From a virus, in IMG/VR virus record IMGVR_UViG_3300037851_000222, positions 1 through 64,000 of that record: a stretch of 64,000 nt of DNA; one strand, given 5' to 3'. Under the pieces are notes generated by a model. That model was not told the DNA's origin. It saw only the letters and a list, made by a program, of their open reading frames with translations, and did not search any database. Both the position numbers and the translations under genes were made by a program. Below, piece after piece: positions 17,030 through 26,430 of the stretch (its first letter is position 1; each line of letters starts with the position of its first letter).

Positions 17030-19510
17030 CTAGTCAAGGTCCAAAGGGCGGGACCAGCGGACGAGGTCGACCGACACGCCGGTCTGGCGGATCGCCGCCT
17101 TGCGACTGTTGAAACCTTCGCCCTCGTCGGGCGTGTGGGCCTCCCAGTCGCCCGCCGGCAGGGCGGCCTGGTGTCGGTCGAGGAATCCCGCCGGGACGAT
17201 GGCGACAAGCACCCCGCCGGGGCGGATCATGCGGCAGGCGTGGGCGACGTGGGCCAAGGCTTGATTGCGCTCAAATGGCGGATTTAGGATCACCCCGTCA
17301 TATTTGCCCACCGGTAGGGCCTGGACGGTCAGGAAATCCGCGCAATCGACGCGGGCCGCCTTGCTGTGGGCGCGGCAGTAGTCGGCCGCCTCGTTCCAAT
17401 CCTCAATGGCGTCGACGGTGGCAAAGGGCCGGGCGTGCATCACGGCGTCGACCAAGGCGCCCAGCCCGGCGGACGGCTCCAGAATCACGGGCTCCGCAGG
17501 GCACAGGGCGAGCAACAGGCGCGCCGCCTGCGCCGCAATGTCGGGCGGGGTCGGGAAGAATCCCGGCCGGCTCGTGTTGCGGAACTTGACCAAGCCGGCC
17601 GCCTTCGCGGCAGCCCTCGCCGCCTCGGCCTCCCGCTCCCGGTCGGCGGCGCCTTTGGCGCCCTCGGCCAGGTCGCGCAGGGCCACGGCCTGCGGGTGGT
17701 GGTTGGAGTAGACTCCGCTTTCCACGGGCGGGGCATAGTAGCCCCCGCTTTCCCGCAAGGTCTGCCGCGCCACGTCCAGGGCGGCGGCCTTGGTCGGGCG
17801 CCAGCCCCGCAGGCAGGCCGGCAGGGTGCCGGCTTCCAAGGCGTCGGCGTAGGCCCGCAGGTAGGACGCGGCACGGGCGGCCCGGTCGCCGTCCACCCTG
17901 GCGCTTCCGGCTTCCCGTTGGCGCTTGGGAGTGTTTTCCAGCCGGGGGCCGCGCTTCCGGTCGGCCTCGGCGTCCAGGGAGTCAGCAAGCCCCCGGATGC
18001 GGTCGCCGGCCCCCGCCTTGGCGGCGGGGGTCGGGGGGGCCTTGGCGGCGGGGGTCGGGGGGGCCTTGTCGGCGGGGGTGCCGCCGTCCGGGCAGGTGCC
18101 GCACCCGCACGTCTCCGGCTCACAGGTGCCGCAGGCCTCGCCGGCCGGTCCCGGCTCGTCGGTGCCGAACTGGGCCGCGAGGAACGCCAGGGCGGGCGCC
18201 TCGTCCCACCAAGCCCACCCGCCGGGCGTCTGGCCCCATGCGCGGGAGTACCAGCCCCCGGTGGCCTTGGCCCGGTGCGTCAGGGCTTCCCAATCCTCAC
18301 GCGACAGGCGCGAGGATATGACCACAAGGTGCATATCCCGTCCCTTTTTCGTGTGCGTGTGCCGCTCAAGGTGCGCCCCGTGCCGGTAGGTCACGGCACC
18401 GGCACGGGCCGGGGTGGGCGCTGGGGCCTGCGGCGCAGGCTCGGCAGCGGGGCGGGCGGCGCGGGCGAGCATCCACGCGGGCGGGGTCCAGCCCTCGGCC
18501 GCTTTCCAGTCGATGCCTTCCGAGTGATAGAAACGGCAGTGGAAGTAATCCGTCATCGAGTCGCTTTTGTCCCAGTGGTACAAGCCCACGATGGCCGCCA
18601 GCGCATGCTGCGCCGCCTCGACGGCGGGCAGGTAGCGGCGCGGCCCCTCGTTCAGGCGGGCGCGGGGGCTGGCCGCCTCGTAGACGGCCCGCTCCGGGTT
18701 GTGGAACGGGCCGGGGAAGCCGACGATATGCGCGTTGATATGGTTATGATCCGACCGCACCGACAGGTTGCACGGCATCACCAGACCCCGCCGGATGGCG
18801 TCGGCCCACCGCTCGCGGATCAAGCCCGCAACCCCCTTCACCCGGTCGCCATCGCCGGAGAGGGTACCGTAAGGCCAGAATGCCCGCGCCGTGTCCTGCG
18901 TCCACTCCGGCACCGTCAGACCGGGGCAACCGGGCACCGGCACGCGGGGCAGGTCGGCGGGGGCCTCGGCGGTGGCCTCCTGCGCCAGCCACGCGGCGCG
19001 ACGGGCGGCCTTGGCGGCATCCTCGGCGTTGCGCTTGGCCTCGGCTTCCGCATTGGCAGCGGCGAGGGTCGCGGCTTGGTCGCGGGCCTCGGCGGGCGTC
19101 TGCCGGTTGTCTTCCATCCGCAGGACGCCGCTGGCGGGGTCGTCGGCCAGTCGGACCAAGGTCAAGCAGGCGGCGGCGACCTTGGCGGCGTTGTCGCGGG
19201 TCAAGGTCCAGTTGTGGGCGTTGCCGATGGCGAGGTACCGGCGCCACGCCTCGGGGCTGGCAGGCTCGGCGCCGGGCACCAAGCCCAGCATATCAGCGAC
19301 CCGGCACGGCGTGCCGCCGTCGCCGTGCGTGCCGTTCCATTCGTAGTGCCATGACCCCAGGCCCGCCGCCTTGCTGATCAGAGCAAGGCAGACCTTCAGG
19401 GGTGCGGGGTGGCGGGTGTAGCCGGTGGCGTCGGTCCACTGGGGGCGGCCGGCGCGGTCCAGGGTCGGCGCAGCGGCCGGGGCGGGTGCGGGTTCGGTTG
19501 CGGTGGTCAT
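17030..19510 (-). CDS. Polyvalent protein: LPD29-like domain plus C-terminal N6-adenine methyltransferase
   Basis: LSVRSD...YHWDKSDSMTDYFHCRFY (LPD29-like); FFPTP, ILEPSAGLG, ILNPPF. Confidence 0.8.
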   Translation of the reverse strand: MTTATEPAPAPAAAPTLDRAGRPQWTDATGYTRHPAPLKVCLALISKAAGLGSWHYEWNGTHGDGGTPCRVADMLGLVPGAEPASPEAWRRYLAIGNAHNWTLTRDNAAKVAAACLTLVRLADDPASGVLRMEDNRQTPAEARDQAATLAAANAEAEAKRNAEDAAKAARRAAWLAQEATAEAPADLPRVPVPGCPGLTVPEWTQDTARAFWPYGTLSGDGDRVKGVAGLIRERWADAIRRGLVMPCNLSVRSDHNHINAHIVGFPGPFHNPERAVYEAASPRARLNEGPRRYLPAVEAAQHALAAIVGLYHWDKSDSMTDYFHCRFYHSEGIDWKAAEGWTPPAWMLARAARPAAEPAPQAPAPTPARAGAVTYRHGAHLERHTHTKKGRDMHLVVISSRLSREDWEALTHRAKATGGWYSRAWGQTPGGWAWWDEAPALAFLAAQFGTDEPGPAGEACGTCEPETCGCGTCPDGGTPADKAPPTPAAKAPPTPAAKAGAGDRIRGLADSLDAEADRKRGPRLENTPKRQREAGSARVDGDRAARAASYLRAYADALEAGTLPACLRGWRPTKAAALDVARQTLRESGGYYAPPVESGVYSNHHPQAVALRDLAEGAKGAADREREAEAARAAAKAAGLVKFRNTSRPGFFPTPPDIAAQAARLLLALCPAEPVILEPSAGLGALVDAVMHARPFATVDAIEDWNEAADYCRAHSKAARVDCADFLTVQALPVGKYDGVILNPPFERNQALAHVAHACRMIRPGGVLVAIVPAGFLDRHQAALPAGDWEAHTPDEGEGFNSRKAAIRQTGVSVDLVRWSRPLDLD

Positions 19511-19948
19511 GGTGGGGATTCCTCCGGGGGTTTGGTGCCCCCATACTGGGGGGCGTTTATACGGAAGGCAAGGGGCGCGTCTGGGGTCAGGCTAGGCCGG
19601 CTGGCCGTGGTAGCCCAGGCCCAGGGCGCGCAGGAAGTCAACCGGGGTGGGGGTCTCGATACCTTCCCGGCGCAAGGCTTGGTTGGCCTCCACGACGCGG
19701 CCGAAACCGACCGACGCCCGGACCTTGGGCCAAGCCACGTCCGCCGCGATGCGCGCCCGGAACGTCTCTCCCGTAGTGTCCTCGTCCGGCAGGCGGCGCC
19801 ACTGCGCGGGGCCTCCTCTCGGGGTGGGTTGGCGTCCGTTGGGCGGCCAGGTCGGGCTGGCCGCCGGGCGGGCGTCAGGCCTCGGCCAGGGTGGCGCGTT
19901 CCGCCTCAATCCCCGCCAATTCGTCCGCGAGCATGGCCGCCGTGTCCT

Positions 19949-20087
19949 TGGCCGTGGGGCCAGGACCGCCGAGGAGGGCGCCCGCGTATGCACGGGCGTC
20001 AGGCCGGGAACGCACGGACAAAGTCCGCCGTATCCCTGGCCGTGGGGCCAGGACCGCCGAGGAGGGCGCCCGCGAATGCACGGGCGT
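19949..20087. repeat. 51-nt direct repeat (one mismatch), 88-nt period
   Basis: TGGCCGTGGGGCCAGGACCGCCGAGGAGGGCGCCCGCG(T/A)ATGCACGGGCGT at 19949 and 20037. Confidence 0.9.
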
Positions 20088-20401
20088 TGCGGCCGGCAAT
20101 GGCCGCCGCTTCTCCCACGGCCACGTCGGCCGCGAGGGCCGGGGGCAGGTGGACCACCTGCCCCATTACGTCCTCCACCCGTTTGGCGAGCGGTCGCACC
20201 TCCCGGAGGAGGAATCCGCCCCTCTCCTCGGGGACACCCGCGGCCCTGAGGAGGGCGCAGGCGGCCGATACACCTTTGAAACCGCCCAGGCTTTCCCGGG
20301 CGGCAGGGACCGCCCGGAGGCGGTCGCAGAGCTCGTCGTCTGACATCGCCGCCAGGGCGGCGACGGCGGCGGCGACGGTGGGGGTGGCGGCGTCGGCCAT
20401 G
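19999..20401 (-). CDS. Hypothetical protein
   Basis: AGGAGG SD before MADAATPT. Confidence 0.55.
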
Positions 20402-20588
20402 GTGGGGCCTCCTGCCGGGCTGGGCCGGCGTCTGGGGTCGGGCGTCTGGCGCCAAGTGTGGGGGCGGGGAACCCAAACGCAAGGGGAAATCGCCGCGCCA
20501 AGTCGCACGCCCCTAGCCGCCACGGCAAGGGCTTGCCCTCGCACCGCCTGCGCCGGCTCGATATGCTACGCGCCGGAGACCTGCACCC

Positions 20589-22520
20589 ATGGACGCACTC
20601 CCGATGCCCCCTGCACCCGTCGCCCCCGGCGGCCAGACTGCCGGCGGCTTCCCCGGCTTCCCCGGCCAGCCCCCGCCCCCACCAGGCCAACCGGCCGACG
20701 AGAGGCGACCCGTAGGCCGCCCGTCTGGCGACCCGGAGCGGGATGCCGACAGGGCCAGGCGCCAGGCCGAGCGGTCGCGGCTGGAAAACCTCCTACCCGG
20801 TGACGCCAAGGACGCCCGCGTCAGCGTCTACCGGCTCAATGGCCCGGTTGGCACCGTACGGTCATCGTCTCGGCCCGTGCTGCGTATCCTCATGGCCGAC
20901 ATTGAGGAAGCCGCGAAAAACGGGGAAAAGCCCAAGGATTTCATTCGTGGCCAGATTTCTAACAAGTTCGGAGACCGTGGCCGGTTCCAATGCGTGCCGC
21001 AGGACCACAGGGGCGCCACGCTGCCCCAGTTCGCGGCGTGGGAGGAAAACATGGAGCAAGACCCAGAAAACCTTGAAGAAATGCAGGAAGACGAGGAGGC
21101 GCAAGCATTCATGGCCCAAGAGTTATCACCACAAAACTACGGGACACCTCCTCCCCCCGCAGGACAACCCCCGCCTGTTGACTATTCCAAGATCATTGCG
21201 GACGTTCAGCAGATTTCTTCCAGCGAATATGAGAAGGGAGAAGGCCGCAGTAGGGATACTTTGGCCCTGGTAATGCAGATGTCGCAACAGGCAGCGACTA
21301 GCCAGATGCAAAATATGCAACTAATGATGCAGCAGCAACAAGCTGCTCAACAGCAAATGATGCAGATGATGGTAGCCGTGCTCGGGGGTGGTAAAACTGA
21401 CGCTGCCGAGCGTGAGCGTCAGGACCGTGAGCGCCAGGAGCGCGAGCGTGATCGTCGTAATGAAACATTGAAGTGGGTGAGCGCCACAGTTATACCACTG
21501 TTAATACCGCTACTGACCAAGATGACCGAGAAGCAACAAGACCTGGCCATGCCGCTCCTGCTCGATATGATCAAAAATGGCCAGAATAACAACGCTTCCA
21601 AGGAACTCGTCGCCCTGATGGGCGAGGCCACCAAGTCGCAGATGCAGATGCAGGCCGAGGCGTCCAAGGCTGCAATCGCCGCCGCGGGCGAGAGCAACAA
21701 GAGCGTGATCAACCATGTTCTTACCATGTCACAACAAGTGACCCAGCAGATGCTCGATGCGGCGCAGGGGGGCGGCGACGGTGATGACGCCCCGGACATG
21801 ATGGATCGGTTCGGAAAGTTGATGAAGATTCTGCAACCGGTGTTGGCCGCGCAGTCCGCCAGTCCGGCGCCGCAGGTGCGCGCCCCAGCCATCAGCCCTG
21901 CGTTGATTGAGGCTGCCACGCATCAGCCAGGCCAGCCGCAGGCCCCCGCGCCGGCTCCCGCCGCCGCTCCGGCCCAACCCCCGCCTGACTCGGAAGTCGT
22001 CCGTGCGTGCCTGTATGACATCTTGCGCTTGGAGACCAATGCCATCCCCGCGCCGGATCGGGTGAAGTGCTTGGCGTTCTGGACGACCAAGCTCCCGCAG
22101 AGCATGGCCGCCGCGATCCAGGCCGGGCAGCAAGACCGGATCTTTGAGATCGCCGCCCCGATTGTCCAGAGCGATCCGAACCTGACGGCCTGGTTTATGA
22201 CTGCCGGGGTGCCCGATTACGTCGAGGACAGCCTGAAGGAAATGCAGAGGGTCTATCACAAGTCGATGGACGCCGAAGGGGAGAAGCGGTCGATCGCCAA
22301 GCACCTCGATTACATCCAGAAGAAGGGCCTGGTCCCGTTGATGACCAGGCCGGCACCGGCTGCCCAGCCGGCGACCAAGCCCGCCGCCCCGCCCGTGCCG
22401 CCTAAGAAGCGCGGGCCGCCGCCCATGACCGAGGACACACCCGTGCCCGCCCCGGTCGTTGAGGCACCCCCAGCGGACCTCCCGGACGCCCCGCCGTCTG
22501 ACCAGCCCCCGGCCGGCTGA
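20589..22520 (+). CDS. Large P/Q/M-rich low-complexity coiled-coil protein, putative morphogenesis/membrane scaffold
   Basis: Pro-rich ends, MQQQQ/ERER tracts, central hydrophobic WVSATVIPLLIPLL. Confidence 0.7.
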   Translation: MDALPMPPAPVAPGGQTAGGFPGFPGQPPPPPGQPADERRPVGRPSGDPERDADRARRQAERSRLENLLPGDAKDARVSVYRLNGPVGTVRSSSRPVLRILMADIEEAAKNGEKPKDFIRGQISNKFGDRGRFQCVPQDHRGATLPQFAAWEENMEQDPENLEEMQEDEEAQAFMAQELSPQNYGTPPPPAGQPPPVDYSKIIADVQQISSSEYEKGEGRSRDTLALVMQMSQQAATSQMQNMQLMMQQQQAAQQQMMQMMVAVLGGGKTDAAERERQDRERQERERDRRNETLKWVSATVIPLLIPLLTKMTEKQQDLAMPLLLDMIKNGQNNNASKELVALMGEATKSQMQMQAEASKAAIAAAGESNKSVINHVLTMSQQVTQQMLDAAQGGGDGDDAPDMMDRFGKLMKILQPVLAAQSASPAPQVRAPAISPALIEAATHQPGQPQAPAPAPAAAPAQPPPDSEVVRACLYDILRLETNAIPAPDRVKCLAFWTTKLPQSMAAAIQAGQQDRIFEIAAPIVQSDPNLTAWFMTAGVPDYVEDSLKEMQRVYHKSMDAEGEKRSIAKHLDYIQKKGLVPLMTRPAPAAQPATKPAAPPVPPKKRGPPPMTEDTPVPAPVVEAPPADLPDAPPSDQPPAG

Positions 22521-22993
22521 TGGCTACGATCACTGCGTTCCAGAGGGGGCAGGTCACGAGGTTCAACCTCGATGTTCTTCCCTCCTGGCGGCTCCGCTTG
22601 GGCGCGACGGTCATGCACCAGGGCGCCGAGCAGGTGCCCTGCTTGGCCCTGATCATGCAGCATCCCGAGCCGCTGGCCGTGCAGCACGGCGGGGTCGCCC
22701 AAGTCGCCCTGGCCGTGGTGACGTGTCCGTTGACCAGGCAGGCCGCGGACCTCCTGCGGGTGGCTGACGTGGGCCTGTTGGGCGGGGCGCTCGACATCGA
22801 CTTAGAGCGAACCCGCGAGGCCTTGCACCTGTTCAAGAACAACCCGCAGGTGAAGGGCGACTTGCTGGAGAGGTGCGTCGAGGACGCGCAGCGGCTCGTT
22901 CGGGCGTACTGGGAGGTCAGACAGTGGCTCGCCGCCCAGGGAGGCCCCCTGGACGTGACGGTCAGCGAGACCTTGCTTCAGCTTCGCGCCTAG
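22520..22993 (+). CDS. Hypothetical protein
   Basis: TGATG coupling to upstream gene. Confidence 0.65.
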   Translation: MATITAFQRGQVTRFNLDVLPSWRLRLGATVMHQGAEQVPCLALIMQHPEPLAVQHGGVAQVALAVVTCPLTRQAADLLRVADVGLLGGALDIDLERTREALHLFKNNPQVKGDLLERCVEDAQRLVRAYWEVRQWLAAQGGPLDVTVSETLLQLRA

Positions 22994-22996
22994 GCC

Positions 22997-23416
22997 TTAC
23001 TTGTGCTTGGACAGCCAGCGCCAGCCCAAGAAGCCGGCGAGGCCCAGGAGGGCCAGTTTCCCCCACGCCACAGCCGGCTTGGCGGCCGGGTCGCCTTCGC
23101 CTTGCAGGCCCCAGATGAAGCCGTCCGGCGTGCCGGTTTGGCGGCCATCCTGGTTGCCCGAGCGGACGTTGACATCGACGGCCTTGGCGGGGAGGCGGTT
23201 GCCCTCGACCCGGACGGCCGCGCCGGTTCCCTCGGCGGCCCGCATGCCGGGGTTGGTGGCCTGGACGGACACCGACCGCGAGACATCGTCCACCTCGGAG
23301 CGGATGGTGTGGGCCACGCCGATGACGCTCTCGGGGCGCGGCAAGGTGGTTTGCGGGTTGATGTCCGCGCTGGGGTGCCCCTGGGGGGCGGGGAAGTCGT
23401 TGCCGAGGAAGCTCAT
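22997..23416 (-). CDS. Small protein with C-terminal TM anchor and basic tail
   Basis: WGKLALLGLAGFLGWRWLSKHK. Confidence 0.7.
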   Translation of the reverse strand: MSFLGNDFPAPQGHPSADINPQTTLPRPESVIGVAHTIRSEVDDVSRSVSVQATNPGMRAAEGTGAAVRVEGNRLPAKAVDVNVRSGNQDGRQTGTPDGFIWGLQGEGDPAAKPAVAWGKLALLGLAGFLGWRWLSKHK

Positions 23417-23727
23417 TGCTGCACCCCTTGGGTTCTGGTTTCTGCCTGCCGGGCGAACTCCAGCAGGATCACGAGGCTGACCACCGGCGACAGCACTGCC
23501 CCGGCGTTGGCCAGCAGGGTGTGGAGTTTGACCCCTCCGCTGGCCTTTTGCTCTTTGTATTGGCTCCACAGGGCCATGCCCACCGGCACGGCGGCCCACC
23601 AGTAGCGGACGCCTAGCCTGGTGATGGGGTTGGCCAGGAGGTTGCCCAAGCCGCCCATCTGCGACTTCAGGCCGGCGAGGGCGAAGCCAATGGCCGAGGC
23701 GTCACGGTCGCTGAGACTGCCGATCAT
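23413..23727 (-). CDS. Small membrane protein
   Basis: Two hydrophobic segments; ATGA overlaps. Confidence 0.65.
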   Translation of the reverse strand: MIGSLSDRDASAIGFALAGLKSQMGGLGNLLANPITRLGVRYWWAAVPVGMALWSQYKEQKASGGVKLHTLLANAGAVLSPVVSLVILLEFARQAETRTQGVQQ

Positions 23728-24494
23728 GCGGCCACCTTGATGCCGAGCACCATGCACCGTTCTTTGTCGCAGGAAACGACCGTCCAGGGGCCGTCTTTCG
23801 ACCACGACGTGGCCATGTAGATCAGATCCGAGCCCTTGGTCAGCCGCCGGCAGTAGTAGGGCGGGTTGCTGGCGATCAGACTGATCTGCTCCTGGTAGTA
23901 TTCGCGGTCGAAGCTGGCGATGTTGATCTCCTGGATCTTCTGCTCCTCAATCTTGGTCTCCTCGACCAACACCGGGCGGGGGACGTTCAGCCCAGTGTGC
24001 TGGTAGTCGGGGATGGAGGCTGCGCTGGCTGTCAGGGAGGTTTTCAACGATTCCATGTCGATGTCCGGCAGTACGCCTTCTGCGACCAGTTCCGCCGGGA
24101 TGAAGTCGGCCCAGTGTCGTCCCTTGTGGCTGGTGAAGTGGATCGTGGCAGCGGCCGGGACGCACATGGGGTCCAGGCCCAGCATCACCGCTAGGAGGCG
24201 GTTCGGGGAGATCGACACGATGGGACCGGGCACCTGTTCTGGCTCAAAGGTTTGGCCAGTGGCCATGCCATGGTCTTCGTACTTCTTGGAGTCCCATATC
24301 CGCTTGTCGATCAGAGCATCGCAGTATTTGCAGCAATCCTCGACCGTGCCCCGGAACTCAAAGAAGCGCGGCAAGTAGTAGTTGACGTGCTTGGACATCC
24401 ACCGAACGAACAGCACCCCGTTGGCTTGCGGCATGATGCGGAAGCCACGGTAGTAGGTGTGACCGCATGCCGAAATGCGGGGGGCGTTGATCAT
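23724..24494 (-). CDS. Hypothetical protein
   Basis: Start overlaps upstream stop; operon packing. Confidence 0.65.
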   Translation of the reverse strand: MINAPRISACGHTYYRGFRIMPQANGVLFVRWMSKHVNYYLPRFFEFRGTVEDCCKYCDALIDKRIWDSKKYEDHGMATGQTFEPEQVPGPIVSISPNRLLAVMLGLDPMCVPAAATIHFTSHKGRHWADFIPAELVAEGVLPDIDMESLKTSLTASAASIPDYQHTGLNVPRPVLVEETKIEEQKIQEINIASFDREYYQEQISLIASNPPYYCRRLTKGSDLIYMATSWSKDGPWTVVSCDKERCMVLGIKVAA

Positions 24495-24715
24495 TTCCGG
24501 CTCTTCCGTTTCTTCATGTACCACCAGACGAAACCAGCGACCGCCGTCAGGAGCAGGATCGTCTTGATTTTCACCGGACCAACGCCGGGGACATTGACGG
24601 TCGACTCAAAGAACGCCGGTTGAGGCAGGGCCACAGTGGCGGGAGGCTGTGTCTCCACTGAGTCCGCTCCGAGCGTTGAGCCGAGCAGGTAGTTGTCGTC
24701 CAGGTAGCTCGACAT
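24491..24715 (-). CDS. Small protein with C-terminal TM anchor and basic tail
   Basis: ILLLTAVAGFVWWYMKKRKSRK. Confidence 0.7.
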   Translation of the reverse strand: MSSYLDDNYLLGSTLGADSVETQPPATVALPQPAFFESTVNVPGVGPVKIKTILLLTAVAGFVWWYMKKRKSRK

Positions 24716-24717
24716 GA

Positions 24718-25065
24718 TCAGGCGATCTTCAGCTTGCGCAGCAGGGCTTTGCCCGGTTTGGTCAGGAACAGGATGCCGCCAGCCGCCAGGGCCAGGAACC
24801 ACGGCTTCTTGACGGTGTCCATCAGGGCACCCATGCCCGGCAGCATGTCACCCGCAGTGCCTTGGTAGGCCGGCGCGCCGACGTAGCCGCCGATGCCAGG
24901 CATGAAGCCGGTGACGGGGGCCGCCACGACGGCCTGCTTGGTGGCCGAGGCGTTCAGGGGCCGCGGGGCCGGCATCTCCGGGGCACCGGCGGCGCGGGCC
25001 GCTTGGGTGGTCACGGTGGTCGGCATGGGGGTCGTGAAGAAGGCGTCGGCTTGGTTGCCCAGCAT
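24718..25065 (-). CDS. Small protein with C-terminal TM anchor and basic tail
   Basis: AGGAG SD; KKPWFLALAAGGILFLTKPGK. Confidence 0.7.
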   Translation of the reverse strand: MLGNQADAFFTTPMPTTVTTQAARAAGAPEMPAPRPLNASATKQAVVAAPVTGFMPGIGGYVGAPAYQGTAGDMLPGMGALMDTVKKPWFLALAAGGILFLTKPGKALLRKLKIA

Positions 25066-25102
25066 GGGAGGCTCCTATGAGCAGGATACGGGGTTTCTGA
25101 GG

Positions 25103-25612
25103 TCAGACAAGGATGGCTTGAACGTAGGCGGGGGTACTGTTCCAGGTCGGCCGCAGCATGTCGGTGCGGGTCAGGCGGTCATAGACCTTATCGGCCCATC
25201 GAGGGTCCGTTTGCCGCATCCTGGCCCGTTCGGCATCCAAGTAGGCCAGGAACGGGCTGGGCGCCGGTTCGCCGCCCGGCGTGGCCGGTGCGCCCGGTTC
25301 CGTGACCAGGGGCGAGCCCGGCCTGGTGAGGTAGGCCAAGGCGCTGAACCCCACGGTCAGGGTGCCGTAGAGGGGGTGCGCTTCCTTGACTGCCCGTCGC
25401 TTCCACCAGGCCCAGCCTGATGTGGCCGCGCCGATCAGACTGCCGGCGAAGATCCACGGCCGGAGCTTCTGGTACCTGTCTGAGGCATCAAAACCCTTCT
25501 GCACCACAACCGCCATCCGTTCGCGGTTGTCCTCAAAGCCCGGGATCTCCCTCCGCAGACGGCGGATGTCCTCGGGCCTGGCCAGTTGGGTTAGGAAGTC
25601 GCTGATGCTCAC
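25103..25612 (-). CDS. Two-TM membrane protein
   Basis: WIFAGSLIGAATSGWAWW and LYGTLTVGFSALAYL. Confidence 0.7.
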   Translation of the reverse strand: MSISDFLTQLARPEDIRRLRREIPGFEDNRERMAVVVQKGFDASDRYQKLRPWIFAGSLIGAATSGWAWWKRRAVKEAHPLYGTLTVGFSALAYLTRPGSPLVTEPGAPATPGGEPAPSPFLAYLDAERARMRQTDPRWADKVYDRLTRTDMLRPTWNSTPAYVQAILV

Positions 25613-25950
25613 CGACCTGCCTCGTTGTAGAGATCCACGAAGGCCTGCTCCAGCAGGGCCGCGATTTGCGCGCCCTTCAGCTTGATCTTGGCCGCCGGGT
25701 TCAGGGGGTCGGTGGTCTGGAACTCCCTCATGGCGATGGTGAACAGCGAGGTTTGGAGCGGGGCTGCGCCCAGATCCGGCTCACCAACGTACTTGCCAGC
25801 AGCGTCGATTGGGCGCTTTTCGATGTGGAACGTGATCGGCTTGTCGATGGCCGATTGAGGGTTGCCGGCTGGGTTTTCAATGGAAATGCGGAAGGTTCGG
25901 ATCTTGATGCCGGTCGGCTGGGTGCCGTAAGGCTTGATGATGTCAGGCAT
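25609..25950 (-). CDS. Hypothetical structural/chaperone protein
   Basis: GGAGG SD; MPDIIKPYG; operon packing. Confidence 0.6.
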   Translation of the reverse strand: MPDIIKPYGTQPTGIKIRTFRISIENPAGNPQSAIDKPITFHIEKRPIDAAGKYVGEPDLGAAPLQTSLFTIAMREFQTTDPLNPAAKIKLKGAQIAALLEQAFVDLYNEAGR

Positions 25951-25952
25951 GA

Positions 25953-26381
25953 TCAGGCCTCCCCGACCCAGTTGGCGGCCCCGTCCGTGGCGTCGTCGTT
26001 GTAGAGCAGGCAGGCGAAGTAGGGCGATGTCATGCCGCCCGTGCCGCCCGGAGCGTAGGCAATGCGGATCGGCGTGACCCACCCACCGACCAAGCCGGCG
26101 ATGAAGGCGTTGATTGCGGCTGCCAGGGCGTCCCCACTCGTGGCCTGGATTACCTGAATCTTGTAGGGGTTGGTGATGACCCCACCTGCACCGGAGTCAT
26201 AGGTCACGGAGACGGTGATCTCCGGGCCGCCGATGCGCTGGGTGTCGCCCACCGCGAGGCTCAGGCCGACCATGTTGTCGGCCAGCAGGGAGGCCAGGGC
26301 GGCGTTCATCTGGGTCATGATGCCCTGCGCCAGGACGTTGTCGTTGACGGTGGCTGCGGACTTGACGATGGCCGTGATCAT
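25953..26381 (-). CDS. Tandem beta-alpha-beta-beta domain protein (paralog 1 of 5)
   Basis: Aligns with the N-terminus of 35486-36622 (ITNPYK, YNDDATDGAANW vs YNENAADGSTNW). Confidence 0.7.
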   Translation of the reverse strand: MITAIVKSAATVNDNVLAQGIMTQMNAALASLLADNMVGLSLAVGDTQRIGGPEITVSVTYDSGAGGVITNPYKIQVIQATSGDALAAAINAFIAGLVGGWVTPIRIAYAPGGTGGMTSPYFACLLYNDDATDGAANWVGEA

Positions 26382-26402
26382 GGGGGCTCCTCGGTGTGGG
26401 GT

Positions 26403-26430
26403 AGTGTACCCGGTTTATACGAACGGTCAA
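26403..26430 (-). promoter_or_regulatory. Sigma70-like promoter containing operator-like CGTATAAACC
   Basis: TTGACC-16nt-TACACT. Confidence 0.65.

Noticed and set aside
17366-20803. Long plus-strand ORFs (662 aa, 464 aa)
   Set aside because: Antisense shadows caused by very high GC; G/R/A-rich with no motifs
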